A DNA stretch of 32,434 nt, from positions 1-32,434 of the forward strand of contig JASJQH010006958.1 of the NCBI GenBank assembly GCA_040143965.1, given 5' to 3'. Of this stretch, positions 1 through 12,600 are shown piece after piece (the first letter of the stretch is position 1; every line of letters starts with the position of its first letter). Origin of the DNA: Basidiobolus ranarum. Lineage: Eukaryota. The translations under genes were made by a program, and so were the position numbers. The notes under the pieces are model-generated. The model saw only the letters and a program-made list of their open reading frames with translations. It was not told the origin of the DNA and did not search any database.

Positions 1-154
1 TTCTAAGTAAATTCCGATTGAGAATAATTGATAATATCTTAGTGAATTATAAGATAACTAAGCACTAAGCTATATATGACTATATAGGTGTTTAGGCAAT
101 GCTAATTTCAACATATATGACTATATAGGTGTTTAGACAATGCAGATTTCAACA
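1..154 (-). mobile_element. LTR of Copia-like retrotransposon (truncated by window edge), with a 41-bp tandem duplication at its start
   Basis: 1-113 aligns ungapped to 28928-29040 (13 mismatches by manual count). It begins TGTTG on the minus strand. 73-113 is duplicated at 114-154. It lies downstream of decayed RNase H-like sequence. Confidence 0.65.
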
Positions 155-650
155 GAAATTTACAACAAAAAAATATTGAACAATAACTTGATTTTACTTA
201 AGTATATATCTTCCTGATGATTCTCATATGCGCTTAGGAATTCTAGCTCTCAGTATTTGGGAAGAATTCTAAGTTTACCTAACTTCAAAAAATCACATAC
301 AATGCAAATAGTCAATGTATGATTGAAAAATAGAACATTTACAAAAATCACCAAATCAGAATCATTTGTAAGCAGGTTGACTTGTTATTAGTTTTAACGT
401 TAGTGATTATTAGTGACATAATTGCTATCTTTATGCATCTAACTATTCACTGATTTAGTTGAACCATGTATCCATGCACGTGTTGAATCAGCAACATATT
501 CAGGATATCTCAGAATTAGTCAAGTAAAATATTTATGGCAGAGATCATAGAAAAAATCAATGGAATCATTGCAACTATTTGATTTGCTTGAATGGCATGT
601 TGGTTTTCGGATTATAACTTTCCTTCTAACACTAAACAAATATGGACTTT
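155..650 (-). pseudogene. Degenerate Ty1/Copia pol C-terminus (RT end/RNase H)
   Basis: Minus-strand, frameshifted fragments occur in the expected Copia order: ICLVLEG (621-641), IS* (500-508, cf. ISW), VADST...YMV (481-495, cf. VAxSTxEAEYMA), VKTNNKST (375-398, cf. xCDNKSAI), YIDYLH/VCDFLKLGKLRI (265-322, cf. HIDIRYHFVRD..GKI). Confidence 0.55.
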
Positions 651-1069
651 TTGTTCAGTTCATAATCTCTGCACCTTCACCTCCATCTCCATCCACAAAC
701 CCCAAAGATCATCTCTACTTGGGGCCAATCTGTTGAGTCCATATAGTTCAATAGGTCAGAGTCACATTCTCAATAGTCAACTCAAAATGGATTTAAGTTC
801 GATCTTTACAAAAGGAAATATTGAACCACTCACAAATCGAACTTTCTACCCAAAATCTACCATTTGACACGTAAGAAAACGCGTGAAAATGGGTTTATGG
901 TAAGAATTGTTACAATCACCATCACCATCACTCACCCCATTCTTCCCATTCCCTAATCCATTTCACCATCCATTTACCCAAAGACTTTTTCAACCATGTG
1001 TGACGTTTCTTTTGGGAAAAAGGTTAAATCGCGAGACTGATTCATCCGCTTAGGGCTTATCACTCTCAT

Positions 1070-1129
1070 CTCTTGTCAACTAAATCAACGACACACCTCT
1101 TGTCAACTAAATCAACAACACACCTCTTG
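1070..1129. repeat. 27-bp tandem repeat, ~2.2 copies (ctcttgtcaactaaatcaacRacacac)
   Basis: Copies at 1070-1096 and 1097-1123 differ at 1 base, followed by a partial ctcttg. Confidence 0.9.
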
Positions 1130-2204
1130 GATATACAAACAGTGTACCTGAACAGATGGAAACAATACATCATCATGTCAATGAGAAGAAACCCGCCTCA
1201 TAGTCTAAATTATGAAGAATGAGTCATGAGGTTAAAGTTTAGCTTTGGATAGAATCACTGGCTCTCTAAAACCATGCTTCAGTGATGCTACACCCACACC
1301 TCCATTCTGAAAGTGCTTGATGGCCGATCCATTCCCCACATGTTGGTCACCTCTTGCTCGGGATCACTGAATCACGCCAGTGAATGTCCATGAAGCTTAA
1401 GACGAGTGTGCAGAGTTGGCTGAGATTGGGAAGTCAAAGTCAAACGATTGGATATCGCAACCATCATGATATCAAGAATAATACTGGTATCATCACTGCT
1501 TGGCGTACGTTGCCCGTATTGTCAAGAGGTGTCATCCAGCGGGTTTTCTGACAACCCAAACAATAACATCTAAATACCAACAACAAGGTAAGTAAGAGAA
1601 AGACATACCTCAACAGAGATACCCTCCAGTGCGATCAGTCTGTGGGTGTGCGGGTGTAAGGATTCGATCCAGAGGGTTTTTTTTAACTCCGAATTCTGGC
1701 TAACAAGGGCAAGAGCTTAATCAGGCATGCAACGTTTCACAATCAAGACGTGGTGCAGTATTTTTACGCACTTGGGCCGAATCTCGATCATCCAAGTGAG
1801 TGAGTAGCGCTACATCGCGCTCAAACAGGTTATCAACCAGTGATTGGTTCCACTCTCTGAGGTAACTGACAATACCAAGGCTAGTAATTGACACCTCTGC
1901 TAACAAATTGTTTCACTTTTTAGGCGGAACACCTTGATCCAACCAGTCCAGACACGGTGTGTGCTGGTGACACACTTTCGGACCGTCTTATTGCCAGTTT
2001 CAGTGATGATCACGGTAGAATTCCATTCGGAAGGTCGGGGTAAATTGGGATCAATCTCTCAAATCAGCAAGGTGGCCACACCCCATAATAGTACCAATCT
2101 ACCTGGCTGGATTCATGCAGCAGGGTCTTACCAGTGGCTCGGGATCAGGGTGACCCTGGGGGACTCAGGGTAATCTAGCCAGACTTTTTTGTTCACAGAG
2201 TGGG

Positions 2205-2214
2205 CTAAAAATAG
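2205..2214. promoter_or_regulatory. Putative MEF2/Rlm1-type MADS site CTAAAAATAG upstream of the homeobox gene
   Basis: Exact match to CTA(A/T)4TAG, with a near-match ctaaaaataa at ~2317. Motif match only. Confidence 0.3.
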
Positions 2215-2639
2215 GGCATAGATCGTGGAAGGGTATTTGATTCGAAGTTACTTTAACTGGATTGTATTGGTCTTGATTATTATCCAGTCCCAGAGAGAAT
2301 AGAACAGAATCTAAGCCTAAAAATAAGGTCAAATTATTTCAGTTTGGTGCGAAACCTCCCAGCTGCGGGTGACGTCGAATTCATCATCTGGTACGCCATA
2401 AAAGCTTTATAAGGCACGTTTGGTCCATGAATCCAGCGTCTAACTTGCTTGAACAATCTCTGCTGAACTATTTGTAATCTCCTGTGCTCGTAAATACTAA
2501 TCTCTTCGCACTACTTGAACATATACCCTTCTCCCTCTCCCTTTACTCTCCCTTTACTTCTATTTGAGACGTGATACCCCCTCCTGTCTGCGGAGATATA
2601 TACCCATTGACAATACTACCCTCAAATTACTCCCCCCAA

Positions 2640-3945
2640 ATGATCAAATCAGAAGACCAAATGGTTGACGACTTCACCTTAGATCCCGATTCTCCTTCTT
2701 CCGAAGGCAAAGAGGTCAAGAGAAGGAATAGGTTGAATCCTCGTCAAGTGACTCGATTAATGGAGGTCTTCGAGCAAACTGCCAAGCCGAAGGCTGATAT
2801 ACGACACAAATTGGCTGAAGAGTTAGGGATGCATCCTCGCGCTGTACAAATTTGGTTTCAAAATAGAAGACAAAAACTCAAAAAAGAAAGTCTAGAAGCC
2901 AACTCTGGCGAATCGCAATACCCCTTGGATAAAGCCAAGCTTACATTGTGTGACACTAAACCAATGTACACAAATTCTCAAGCGTCTTATTTGTCTAACT
3001 ATGGTCTTACATTGAATAATTTCCCCCACTTTACCAAGCCATCTCTTGCCGATAACACCACAACGGATCTTCAATCTTCTACGAATATCGCTTTACTCTC
3101 AGGCCTAGGATTAGGTCCGAACCAAGGATCCATACACCCTAGCACGGCTGCGTTATCATTATCATCTGGTATATCTCCCATTTCTTACTGGTTCCTCGTT
3201 TAACGACTTTTGCTAACCTTTTGTATTGACTCGTATAGAATATCATGAGGCAGATCCCTCTCTTGATAATCAAATTAGTAACTCCACCTTGTCTCTGCTA
3301 CAAGGCTGCAATACTGTTTCAATGCAGCAAAATGTGGCGTTCCCCAATATGTTTGATGCCAATGATATGAGCTTAGCTCTAGATGTAACCTCCCACTCTG
3401 GGACTCCTTCAATATCCGCTACATCCAGTAATACCAACTGTACTGACCATTTGGTCGATATGGATTCTTCTGTTAACAGTAGTTCACCTTTTATGTATAC
3501 ACGACTTGATTCCCTTGGTTTGGACTTGTCTACACAGATCAGCATGCTACAAAGACAGCAAACATATCCTCAAAGCCTCCCAATGAAGCGTAAAGCATAC
3601 TCGTGGCAAGACTTGTGTCAGTTGATCCCACAAAACCAGGATAATCCAGAGATTAGTAATACCCCCTTAGGTGCTGTCAAATTTCAAGGCATGAAACGTA
3701 ACGCCTCTGAGGTTGGCTACAATAGTAATCCATACCCAATCATAGCACCATCAAATCGATCTGCGTATTCACGATCACTCAGTGATCCATTTGCCGCGGA
3801 ATCGTACGCGGAGTTGAAGAGACGTAGAATATGTGAGATTGAAAGTGAAAACGAGGCATTTCTAACGTCGACATTATCGATGGAACAAGAGAATCCCAAT
3901 TCTAGCTCAATGGGTGGACTAAGTGACATGCTCGCTTATTTGTAA
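2640..3945 (+). CDS. Homeobox transcription factor, join(2640..3168,3239..3945), ~411 aa
   Basis: Homeodomain RRNRLNPRQ...LAEELGMHPRAVQIWFQNRRQKLKK. A 70-nt intron GTATAT...GCTAAC...TAG joins the two ORFs in frame. Ser/Gln-rich C-terminus with KRRR NLS-like motif. Confidence 0.88.
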
Positions 3946-4422
3946 TCTTGGTATTGGGATCTCGCTACTGTTTATTTATGACAATTTTCTATTTCAATAC
4001 CACACTATGTTCACTTGAAGTAATCCTTTCCCTTCCTTTCCTTTCGCGTATATATATATTTATAATGTAGTATGATATGTAGTCTTTGTGCCCTTTTTCT
4101 GTAATAATATTTGCCTGTATCGTTGGTGACGCAGCTATTGACGTCATGATACAGCAATTTTGTTGATTTTCCTTTCCCTGTCATTATAATAGATCTATGG
4201 AATCTCTTTTAAAACTATAAATATCTCAGAACTTTCTTCATGTTGCTCAACCTTTTTCCTGTGATCGTGATAATGATATCAAGTTCTTTACTGAATCTAC
4301 GATGATACTTTGTTGAACATATACAATTATAAAATACTACATATAATATAGGGGATATGGGTGAATAATAAGTCAACAAAATTGAAAAGAATAAGAGAAC
4401 GCGAAACTCTGGCTTGTTACTT

Positions 4423-7400
4423 TCAACGCTTGAGCCGTGTCAATTTAATTGGCCGAATTCCAGGGTGATGAGATGGGGGTTTAGAGGATTCATTATCTAT
4501 GTAAATGGGTTACGTTTAATAAACCAACTTCATTCGCGAATAGAAAGAAAGAAATACTTACGTGAATCTCCATTACGGAAGTGACGAGAAGTATGTTCGG
4601 TAGTGGTGCTACTAGTACTAGCTGATTCCAATCTAATCAAATAACCAGTATGAATTCTAACTTGTCATTGAAGGATTTCTCTTCCATTTGGTTCATATCA
4701 CATACCTAGATGCAGGTCGAAAACCATTCGTATTTGTATTGCCTCCAGTTATGTTTACATATCGTCGCGTAATTTCCAAGAACTCTTCGCCATAAGACTC
4801 GGCCTTGATTTTCGTGACTCCTGGTAGATTCATCAGATCGTTTACAGCTAAAAATGCAATTCAATTAATTATCAATATCATTATTTATGTACTCAATGGA
4901 TGATTTTTGAGGACGTACTTTCTGGTAATCTTTGTGACATTAGTATCAAGACACTATCTACAAAAATTGTCCGTGGTTGAACCTGCATTCGGGCGCACAT
5001 CTAAAAGAAAATCACGTTAATCGAGTGTTGGTGATATTCATTATAATTGTAGTTCTAAACTTGCCCCATTCCGCTTTCCTCTCAATTCTTCATAACACGC
5101 TTTTTGCATTGGGTCATTGTTGTTACTACCCTCGGTGGAGTTAAAATTCAATCGAGTTTGATTGCTGTCAGCTTGGGGTGGCTCCTCAACTATTTGAGAT
5201 TTACGAACAGTCTTCCGAATGATTTTGGATGAGCTGGTGTTTGGGGTATCTTTCTGCTTCTAAACAAAATAATCGGTTTCATTATCTTCACTCATGTTAA
5301 ACAAAAGCTCTCTCATAAAGTCTTACCAGTTCAGTCGTCGAAAATTGCATCAAGAATTTCGATTTTCCATTTAATAACTGGAAAGATTTTTGTCCACACT
5401 AAAGAATAGATATCATTTACTATACAGCACTAACTCTTGTAGACTCCGATAATAATACTTACCTGTACATAAGATACTATAAAGCCTTGTACTGTCTGTT
5501 CACAACGTTCACTAAGAAATTCTCGAAGAACCAACATTCGAAACAGGCGTTCAACATCATTTCGGTTGAGATGCTTTCCAGCTCCATACATAGCAAGATT
5601 GTCTTGTCCAGATCTGATGATTTTTTGATGCTTCATTCCACGGAAAATATCTACTGCTTGAATGAGTGTCACTTGCTGATTTTGGATTTCCTGTACTAGT
5701 TTGACAGCGTTTATAGCTTCGGATGTCATATCGCGATCAACATACGTATCCCGCGAATTATTAAGACAATTGTCACAGGTTTGATGGCATTCTTTTGGGT
5801 CGAAGCGTTCACCAAAATAGGCTAGCACTTGTTGACGACGACAGTCAGTTCGATTTTCGCAAAATTGAACAACTTGAAATAAGTTGTTGCGTTGCTGTTG
5901 TTTCAATTGATGATTTCCATCACCTTGTTTGATAAGAAATTCGATGGTTGTCTTATCTTTATACGAGTAGAACAAGATACAAGCAGCATGCTGGCCATCT
6001 CTCCCAGCACGTCCCGTCTCCTGATAATACCCCTCAAGAGATTGGGGGATGGAGTAATGGATAACAAAACGAACATTGGATTTGTCGATACCCATTCCAA
6101 AGGCAACAGTAGCAACAATAACTTGAAGTTTGTTCTGCTGCCAATCAGATTGAACCCGAGATCTGTCTTCTTTATCTAAACCCGCGTGATAGTGCTCTGC
6201 TTTTACGTTATACTCTGTCTTCAACATGTATGCGACATCTTCGCAGGCTTTTTTCGAGGTACAGTAAATGATCCCAGTTTGTTTGTCATAATTTGCGGTT
6301 ATATAGGCGTATATATCATTATTAACGTTTTTGGTCTTCGGGCGTACCTCGTAGTAAAGATTCTTACGATTGAAACTTTGAGAAAATGACATACAATTCT
6401 GAATCTGTAAACTACCAACAATATCAAGTTGGACTTTGGCGTTCGCTGTCGCAGTCAGCGCAATGATAGGAACATTCGGGTAACTGTTCTTCAAGTGGCC
6501 TAATGCTTTATAATCAGGTCGAAAATCGTGGCCCCATTGACTCAAGCAATGTGCTTCATCAATAACGAACCTAGCCAGAAGTTTGCGGTGAAACAACTTC
6601 TGGATGGCTTCTTGCACTTGATTACTTTTAATCATCATTTCTGGAGTAATGTAGAGGAGTTTTAGTCTAGGGTCACTTCGCTCGACTTCGCTGAAAATAA
6701 ATCGTCGCTTTGCAGCATCTGTATTTCCTGTTAGACAAGCCGCTGGAATACCAAGACGTAAGAGATGTTGAACTTGATCTTGCATTAGAGAGAGTAAAGG
6801 GGAGATAACAAAGGTAACTCCTTTAGTTGCACCTTTACTCACAATTGCTGGCAACTGATAGCACAAACTTTTACCTCCACCAGTTGGCATCAACACGAAG
6901 GTATCTTTACCACCGAGTGTAGCATTTATGGCCTCAAGTTGATTCTGTCTGAAGGATTTCAATTTAAACACTTGCTTTAAGGCTTTCTCAACATCCTTAG
7001 ACCAAGGGAAAGTAGGGATCTTGGGTCGTACTTCAATTGACTGAGAAGCTGGAGCGTTCAGAGGGCCTCTTGGTTGTGATAGGTTGTTAAAGGCTTGATA
7101 GTTACTATCGCCGTTTCCAGAAACGGGTGTAGATTCGGGATTTGTGGTGTTGTCGCTTAGTAATATGGGGAGATCTCTGTTTGTTTGACTACTAGGATGA
7201 GGAATTGGGTCGAAGCCTCGATTGTCCGCTAAGAATAACTCATCATCTACAGCTGAAGGGTCAGCAAAATCTTCGGTCAATGGCTCTCCAAAATCGATAT
7301 CATCATAGAAACTTTGATCGTCTACGAACGCAGGGGTCGCCATCTCGAATTTGTTCCTCGTTTGAGGTTCGTTTGATAGTTTGGCGTAGGTGTTGTTGTC

Positions 7401-9089
7401 ACGGATGGCCTCATCGAATGAGATATTGGATACTACACTCGGTGTGCGAGAAATCATAGAGCTTGCCGACTTTATCATAGCAAAAGATCAGTAAAACAGT
7501 CTAATATGCGGTTATCTGAAGAAATGTAGAGTACTCACGATCGAGGCTGAGACCAAATTGGGAGCCTTTTCTTTGAGAGTTTTCTCTATAACCGCTATTT
7601 GCTTCACCAGTTTTGATCTACGTCAAGCAATTGATGTTAGATGCGCCAAAGAGGCTAAACAAATAAGCTAAATATGGTACCTTTCAATCTTTAAGGCTTT
7701 TCTTAAGTCCGTCGAAGCATCAGATTCAATTTCGTCGTCAAGATCGCATATGTGATCGCTTAGCTCGCACTTCTCCATTTTAGTTGTTCTTAATAACTGT
7801 TGAAGTTCTTGGACTGACATCTACGTAAATAAAAAAAATCGTAAATGAATGCGTTGAGGATAAATATATTGGCTTCATAAAATATCCTACATCTCGATAA
7901 GCAAAGTCACTACATTCATTAGACGACTTGGTGGGTTTCGAAGAACTCTGATGGTTTGTCCGACTCTCCGGGTTTGGGGTTGGCAGTGTATTTGACACCA
8001 AATTAGGTGCTTCAGTTGGAACTAAATCATCCTATGAGAAAGTATGAGCGTAAGAACAGTAGGTAACCTCTATCTAAAAAGTATATACCAGGTCGATTTC
8101 GATGACCGAGGTGTAATTATTAGTCTCCGGTTGTTTCAGCTTTGGAGATTCAGTCATTTGTTTTTTCAGTGCCGAGTTAGTGTCGTTAAGAGTAATCGTG
8201 TGTCCTGGTGGATCTACAGAAATTGGAACCTCTAAAGGTATGCTATTAGCATATGATCACCAGATACCTCACACTAAAGTTTGTGTACCTTGACTAGATT
8301 TGATTCCTTCGTTTGTGGAGTGATTTTCACTAATTCTTCGCTTTTTAGTTTGGGCGAATAAGTCCTCAGTAATCTCTGTCAAGTCTTGATTCACTTTGGA
8401 CGAGAGATTTGTCTCGTGTTTTTTTGAAGGGTTAGTTTTCTCCACTCTGGAGGGGCTTTTTAAATCTTGTTGTCTCATCATTTGTGAGGGCGTAAATGGG
8501 ACTAGATAGCAATTATTTAAACGTTCCTTGAAAATGACACGATCGTTCGTTATGATTATGTCTTACCACTTTGAAAATCATCAAAATCTTCCACGGGTAT
8601 ATCCGAAATTAATGCAAGTTCTTCATCCTTAAGGTCTCCGAATTCTAAGAAATCAGTTTCATATGTAGGTTCCTTTTGTTGAACTCCACGATTCAAACGT
8701 AAACTAGGTGAAGCGATACTACCGGGGGTTCGCTATATTATAGACGAGGATAACATATGGATTAACTTTCTTAGTACTGATAAACACGGATTTTTTTGAT
8801 ACTATCCACATACCCGAGAGTTTGAAGCTGATAATTTGTGAACGTTATTCAAAGGACTGTATGTTACGAAGTAAAAGTGATAGAATTACTATCGATTCTA
8901 TAGTACTTTGATAAATCAGATTTTCATTGTGATATCTAACCTTGAACGGGACTCAGTACCAAGAAAGGTTGGTGTAAATGTAGGGGTTGAGGCCGACTTC
9001 GGTTGAGGGGGAGGGGATTGCTGAGGGTTAGAGCCACGGCTTTTAAGCCACATTAGCTGCTCTTTTAGATTATTACGTGGTGCAGTCAT
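4423..9089 (-). CDS. SGS1: RecQ-family DNA helicase Sgs1/BLM, multi-exon
   Basis: Sgs1-like N-terminus MTAPRNNLKEQLMWLK (ATG 9089). Helicase motifs MPTGGGKS, DEAH, SQWGHDFRPDY, QETGRAGRDG. Zn-binding CRRQQVLAYFGE...CDNC (RQC). HRDC-like exons (LMNLPGVTKIKAESYGEEFL). Last exon ends with TGA at 4423. The large core exon is ~5463-7469. Confidence 0.93.
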
Positions 9090-9674
9090 TTGTATTCACA
9101 AGGATTTCTTCAATTAATGGGGACAAGAATCACCTAAGGGGTTTCTCCTACTGTAGTTTTGGTCGAAAGATATTGGATACAAGAAAGTATTTATAACACA
9201 CGGGAGATAGAGTCAAATGTAACAAGTGCGTATATGCTATGTATGTATCAGCAAAAATATCTATTTGTCAGTAGTGTGAGAGTAATAAAGTAAAACTCGT
9301 CGACTTGGTGACGTTTAGTTAAAAGTGTTGATAGCGCGTTGTGTAGTTTTACAAAAGGTGTGGTTCTCTATATTTTACACCTCACAACAAACCTCAAGAT
9401 GTTATGATAATATCGGGGCAAGATAACAGTGTAAATAATGAATGTTTGTGTAAGTAGACCGTTTTCTATTTACTTTTTATAGCCAACCTATTATTGTCTA
9501 AATTCTAGATAGCCAATGATTCTTTCAAAATCCATAACATAAAGCACTGAAATATTTTCTCAAATTTTCTTTTAACTGCGCCAATTCAGGAGATAGATTT
9601 CCATCAGAATTTGATGTCATTTTTATGCTATAGAAAAACCAAATCACCAAACCCCCTTATTCTACACTGTTAAA

Positions 9675-12600
9675 ATGTTATCAATATTTAGAGTAGGCAA
9701 ACTGAAGCCTCTAAATATTCCAAACTTGGCAGTTTCCGTTCGACTAACTCGCTTATACAACCATGACAGTCAGTTAGCAAGCCACAGTGCTGTTTCCGAA
9801 GTAATCGAACCTTTGAAGACTGCTTTGGTTCAACAGGATTCGAGTGCAGCTTGGCGTGCCTTTACAAAAATAAAAAATAGTAAACTTGAAAAGGCTATAT
9901 CGTCATCACAGTTTGCGGAACTTATTCATTTGTTCTCTTCGGCCAAGAACGATGGAGCAAAAAATAAAAATAGAGGAAATGAAATTATCAAATATATGAA
10001 TTACATTGGTGTTCTTCCCGAGAACCCTAAGCAGTATGGCGCATTGATATCTTTCTATGGAAATCATCAACAACCAAGGGATGCCCGGAATACTTTTCGG
10101 AATATGGTCGGGACTGGTTTGAAACCTGACGCCTACGTTTATACCGAGCTAATTCACGCTATAGGGAATAAAGACTTGCCCGGAGCTTATACGGTTTTTC
10201 AAGCTATGAAGAGTAACCGTATTCATCCAAGCTTGTATACGTTCAACATTCTATTTAAAATATGCCGAAATCATCCCGACACGAAATATCTATCTATCTT
10301 TCACCAAGAGCTTCAAAGAGCTACATACATCACACCAGACGTGGTCACTTACTCCACGCTAATAGATGCTTATGCAGCAAATGGTGATATGTCCCGCGCT
10401 ATGAATATGTTCGATGAAGCATTGACGCATGGCGCAATTCCTAACGTTGTTACCTACAATACCTTAATACGCGGTTATATTGAGAAGAATGAGCTACACA
10501 ATGCCTTGTCTTTACACAACAAAATGGTCAAAAAGGGTATACCACCCTCGATAGTTACATATACTAATTTAATTGTAGGATATCTCCACTCTCATGATAT
10601 CAAACATGCCATGCATCTATACGCTGAAATGAAAAGATTAAACATACAGCCGGATTGTGTGCTATTCAACACATTACTAGATGGACTGGCCAAGAATTTC
10701 GAAGCCATTCATGTCAGACGATTGTTGGAAGATATGTCTTCTTACGAGATTAAGCCGACCCTAGCAACTTACAACATCCTTATTCGCTTATTCTCCAAGA
10801 ACAATCGACCTAAAGAGGCTATGGGAATTTATCGACAGATGAGAGCGAAAAGGGTAACGCCAAATGTTCAGATTTACAATACGTTGATCCATGCAAATGC
10901 TAAGGCCGGTAATTTACAAGCTGCGATGGATATCTTCTATGAGATGCAGGTGACATCGACTTTGCCAGACTTGAAAATCTACAACACCTTGCTCCATATT
11001 CATGCAGCTAACGGAAAGATTGATGAGATGTCAGGGATTCTGTCTGACATGAACGAGAAAAAGATATCCCCCAATGTTGTCACCTATAATATTTTGATTA
11101 ACTCTCACCTGAAGTGCTCTAAATTTGATGAGGCGATTCGACTCTACAACGAAATGATAGAAAAATCCATCATCCCCGATACAATTACCTTCAATTCCCT
11201 CATCAATGCTGGATTTAAGCGAGGGGATTTAAGTGAGGTCGACAACTTTTACAACAACATGGTTGCCCATGGAGTGCCTCCTGATACGGCTACTTTCACT
11301 ACACTTATTCACGGATACTCACAAAATTCCAATGGCCAGAAAGCTCTTGAAATGTACCAGCAAATGATGAGGTTGAATCTTCGGCCTAGCCTCGTAACCT
11401 ATTCAGTTTTGATGAAAGAATACGCCCGTAAAGCCAACATTCCCGGTGTGAAGAGTCTATTCGAAGAAATGTTAGAAAGAGGGATAAAGCCCGATGGACA
11501 TATCTTCAACATTCTCATTAATACATATGTTAAAAGCTCCAATGTATTTCAGGCAATGAGAATGTATGAAAAAATGCTTGAGGATCGAATTACTCCGGAT
11601 AGCGTGACTTATGCTACTCTTATTAAAGCACATACTCAAAATGGCGATATTGAACAAGCAAAGTATCTATTTAAGCAAATGGCACAAAAGAACGTTCAAC
11701 CCGATGCCGTTGTCTTTACCTCGTTAATCAGTGGATACGCTAAGCAGTCAGATCTCTCTAGTGCGATTGCTCTTTACCAGGACATGAAGTCAAGAGGAAT
11801 AGAGCCATCCGTGCATACATTTACCGTCTTAATAGATGCATATGCCAAAAACCGGGAGCTTGGGAAGGCAATGTCGCTTTATAATCAAGTGAAGTCAAGA
11901 GATATGAAAATGGATGTGACTTTATTTAACGTCTTGATTGACGCTCACGTTCGAAACGGGCTGCTTCGAGAAGCGATGTCATTATTTGAAGAATCGAAAA
12001 CTAGCGGAGTCTTACCCAACCTACTTACGTATACTTCTTTGATTAATGGATATATCCAACTCTCTTCCATGGATCGGGCGATGGGATTATTCGATGATAT
12101 GATAAATTCTAAGATCTCACCGGATGCAACCATTTTCAACGTTCTAATCCACGGCTTTATTTCAAATGATATGTTTCCACAGGCTCTGTCTCTACATCAA
12201 CAAATGATTTCGGATTATCACATCAATCCTAATGGATACATTTACAATACACTTATATGTGGATATGCTAAGAACGCAGAAATGAGCCGTGCGGTAGACC
12301 TTCTGAATGAAATGATCTCGAAGAGCCTCTGGCCGAGTGCTGTTACATATAACGCCTTGATTCACGGGTACGCAAATTGTGGCGAGACAGACCAAGCGCT
12401 TGACACGTACCAGAAGATGAAAGCAAGTGGAATTACACCAACGCTGGTCACATACAACACCCTAATTAATTGCTTTATTGAAAATGCCGGTTTTCAGAAA
12501 CCCCATACTCTTAAAATTGGCTTAAAGAACCAGAAAATCATCAAAGCAATTGAGCTATATCAAGACATGACCGCCAAAAAGATTCCATCCGATCAATATA

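Noticed and set aside
592-867. 91-aa ORF on + strand
   Set aside because: No recognisable domain, and it overlaps the antisense of the Copia remnant.
1621-1684. tRNA/Pol III-like element (ggattcgatcc hairpin, accctc/gagggt pairing, T-run)
   Set aside because: Lacks the GTTCRA consensus, a D-arm and an anticodon arm; no cloverleaf can be built.
2640-3945. Mating-type locus homeodomain gene
   Set aside because: Single HD gene with no divergent partner and no MIP1, HMG sexP/sexM or tptA neighbours. HAS1 is not the RnhA-type helicase.
9090-9674. Bidirectional cell-cycle (MCB) promoter between SGS1 and the PPR gene
   Set aside because: Only one partial CGCGT core is present, and divergent spacing of this size is ordinary.
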